64,000 nucleotides of DNA from Eledone cirrhosa (Eukaryota), in contig OZ024746.1 of assembly GCA_964016885.1 (NCBI GenBank), forward strand, positions 248,001-312,000. Direction: 5' to 3'. The first letter of the stretch is position 1. The number at the start of each line of letters is the position of its first letter. Positions 63,801 through 64,000 of the stretch are shown here, piece by piece. The notes below the pieces were generated by a model. It made no database searches. It was given only the letters and a program-made list of their open reading frames with translations, and had not been told where the DNA came from. A program made the position numbers and the translations under genes.

Positions 63801-64000
63801 CATATTTCTAATGAAAGACACTACCTATGTCATTAACCCTTTCATCACCATATTTCTAATGAAAGACACTACCTATGTCATTAACCCTCTCATTACCATA
63901 TTTCTAATGAAAGACACTACCTATGTCATTAACCCTTTCATTACAATATTTCTACTGAAAGACACTGTCTATGCCATTAACCCTTCATTACCATATTTCT
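60821..64000. repeat. 48-bp satellite array (~66 units visible, runs off the window) derived from a piggyBac-MITE end
   Basis: TTAACCCTTTCATTACCATATTTCTAATGAAAGACACTGTCTATGTCA with period 48 (60821, 60869...). Confidence 0.97.

Noticed and set aside
60821-64000. CRISPR-like array of palindromic repeats
   Set aside because: No unique spacers, no cas genes, eukaryotic intron.

Overview
Eukaryotic, AT-rich, repeat-dense animal DNA. The SINE/LINE repertoire suggests a cephalopod such as Octopus; this is inference and was not checked against a database. Three host genes were reconstructed by hand from GT-AG exons: (1) the first coding exon of an FBXO21-like F-box gene (- strand, 733-902, continuing off the left edge); (2) a complete 9-exon mevalonate kinase gene (MVK, + strand, 2647-27333, 391 aa), head-to-head with the F-box gene; (3) the last 16 coding exons of the chromatin remodeller INO80 (- strand, 60753-34783, 760 aa visible), convergent with MVK. 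The introns hold many RTE-clade LINE copies (one nearly full length), tRNA-headed Nin/Deu-type SINEs, a Penelope-like element, an internally deleted piggyBac and its MITEs, Helitrons, a hAT MITE and several minisatellites. Most notable: (a) the dominant RTE LINE family has a PHD-type zinc finger inserted inside its reverse-transcriptase domain; (b) a >3 kb 48-bp hairpin satellite is built from a piggyBac-MITE terminus (TTAA+CCCT), with the source MITE and a two-unit seed in the same window; (c) a minimal hammerhead ribozyme lies in the Penelope element on the MVK sense strand; (d) long inverted LINE pairs in MVK and INO80 introns are candidate dsRNA/ADAR substrates. No CRISPR, rRNA or true tRNA genes were seen.
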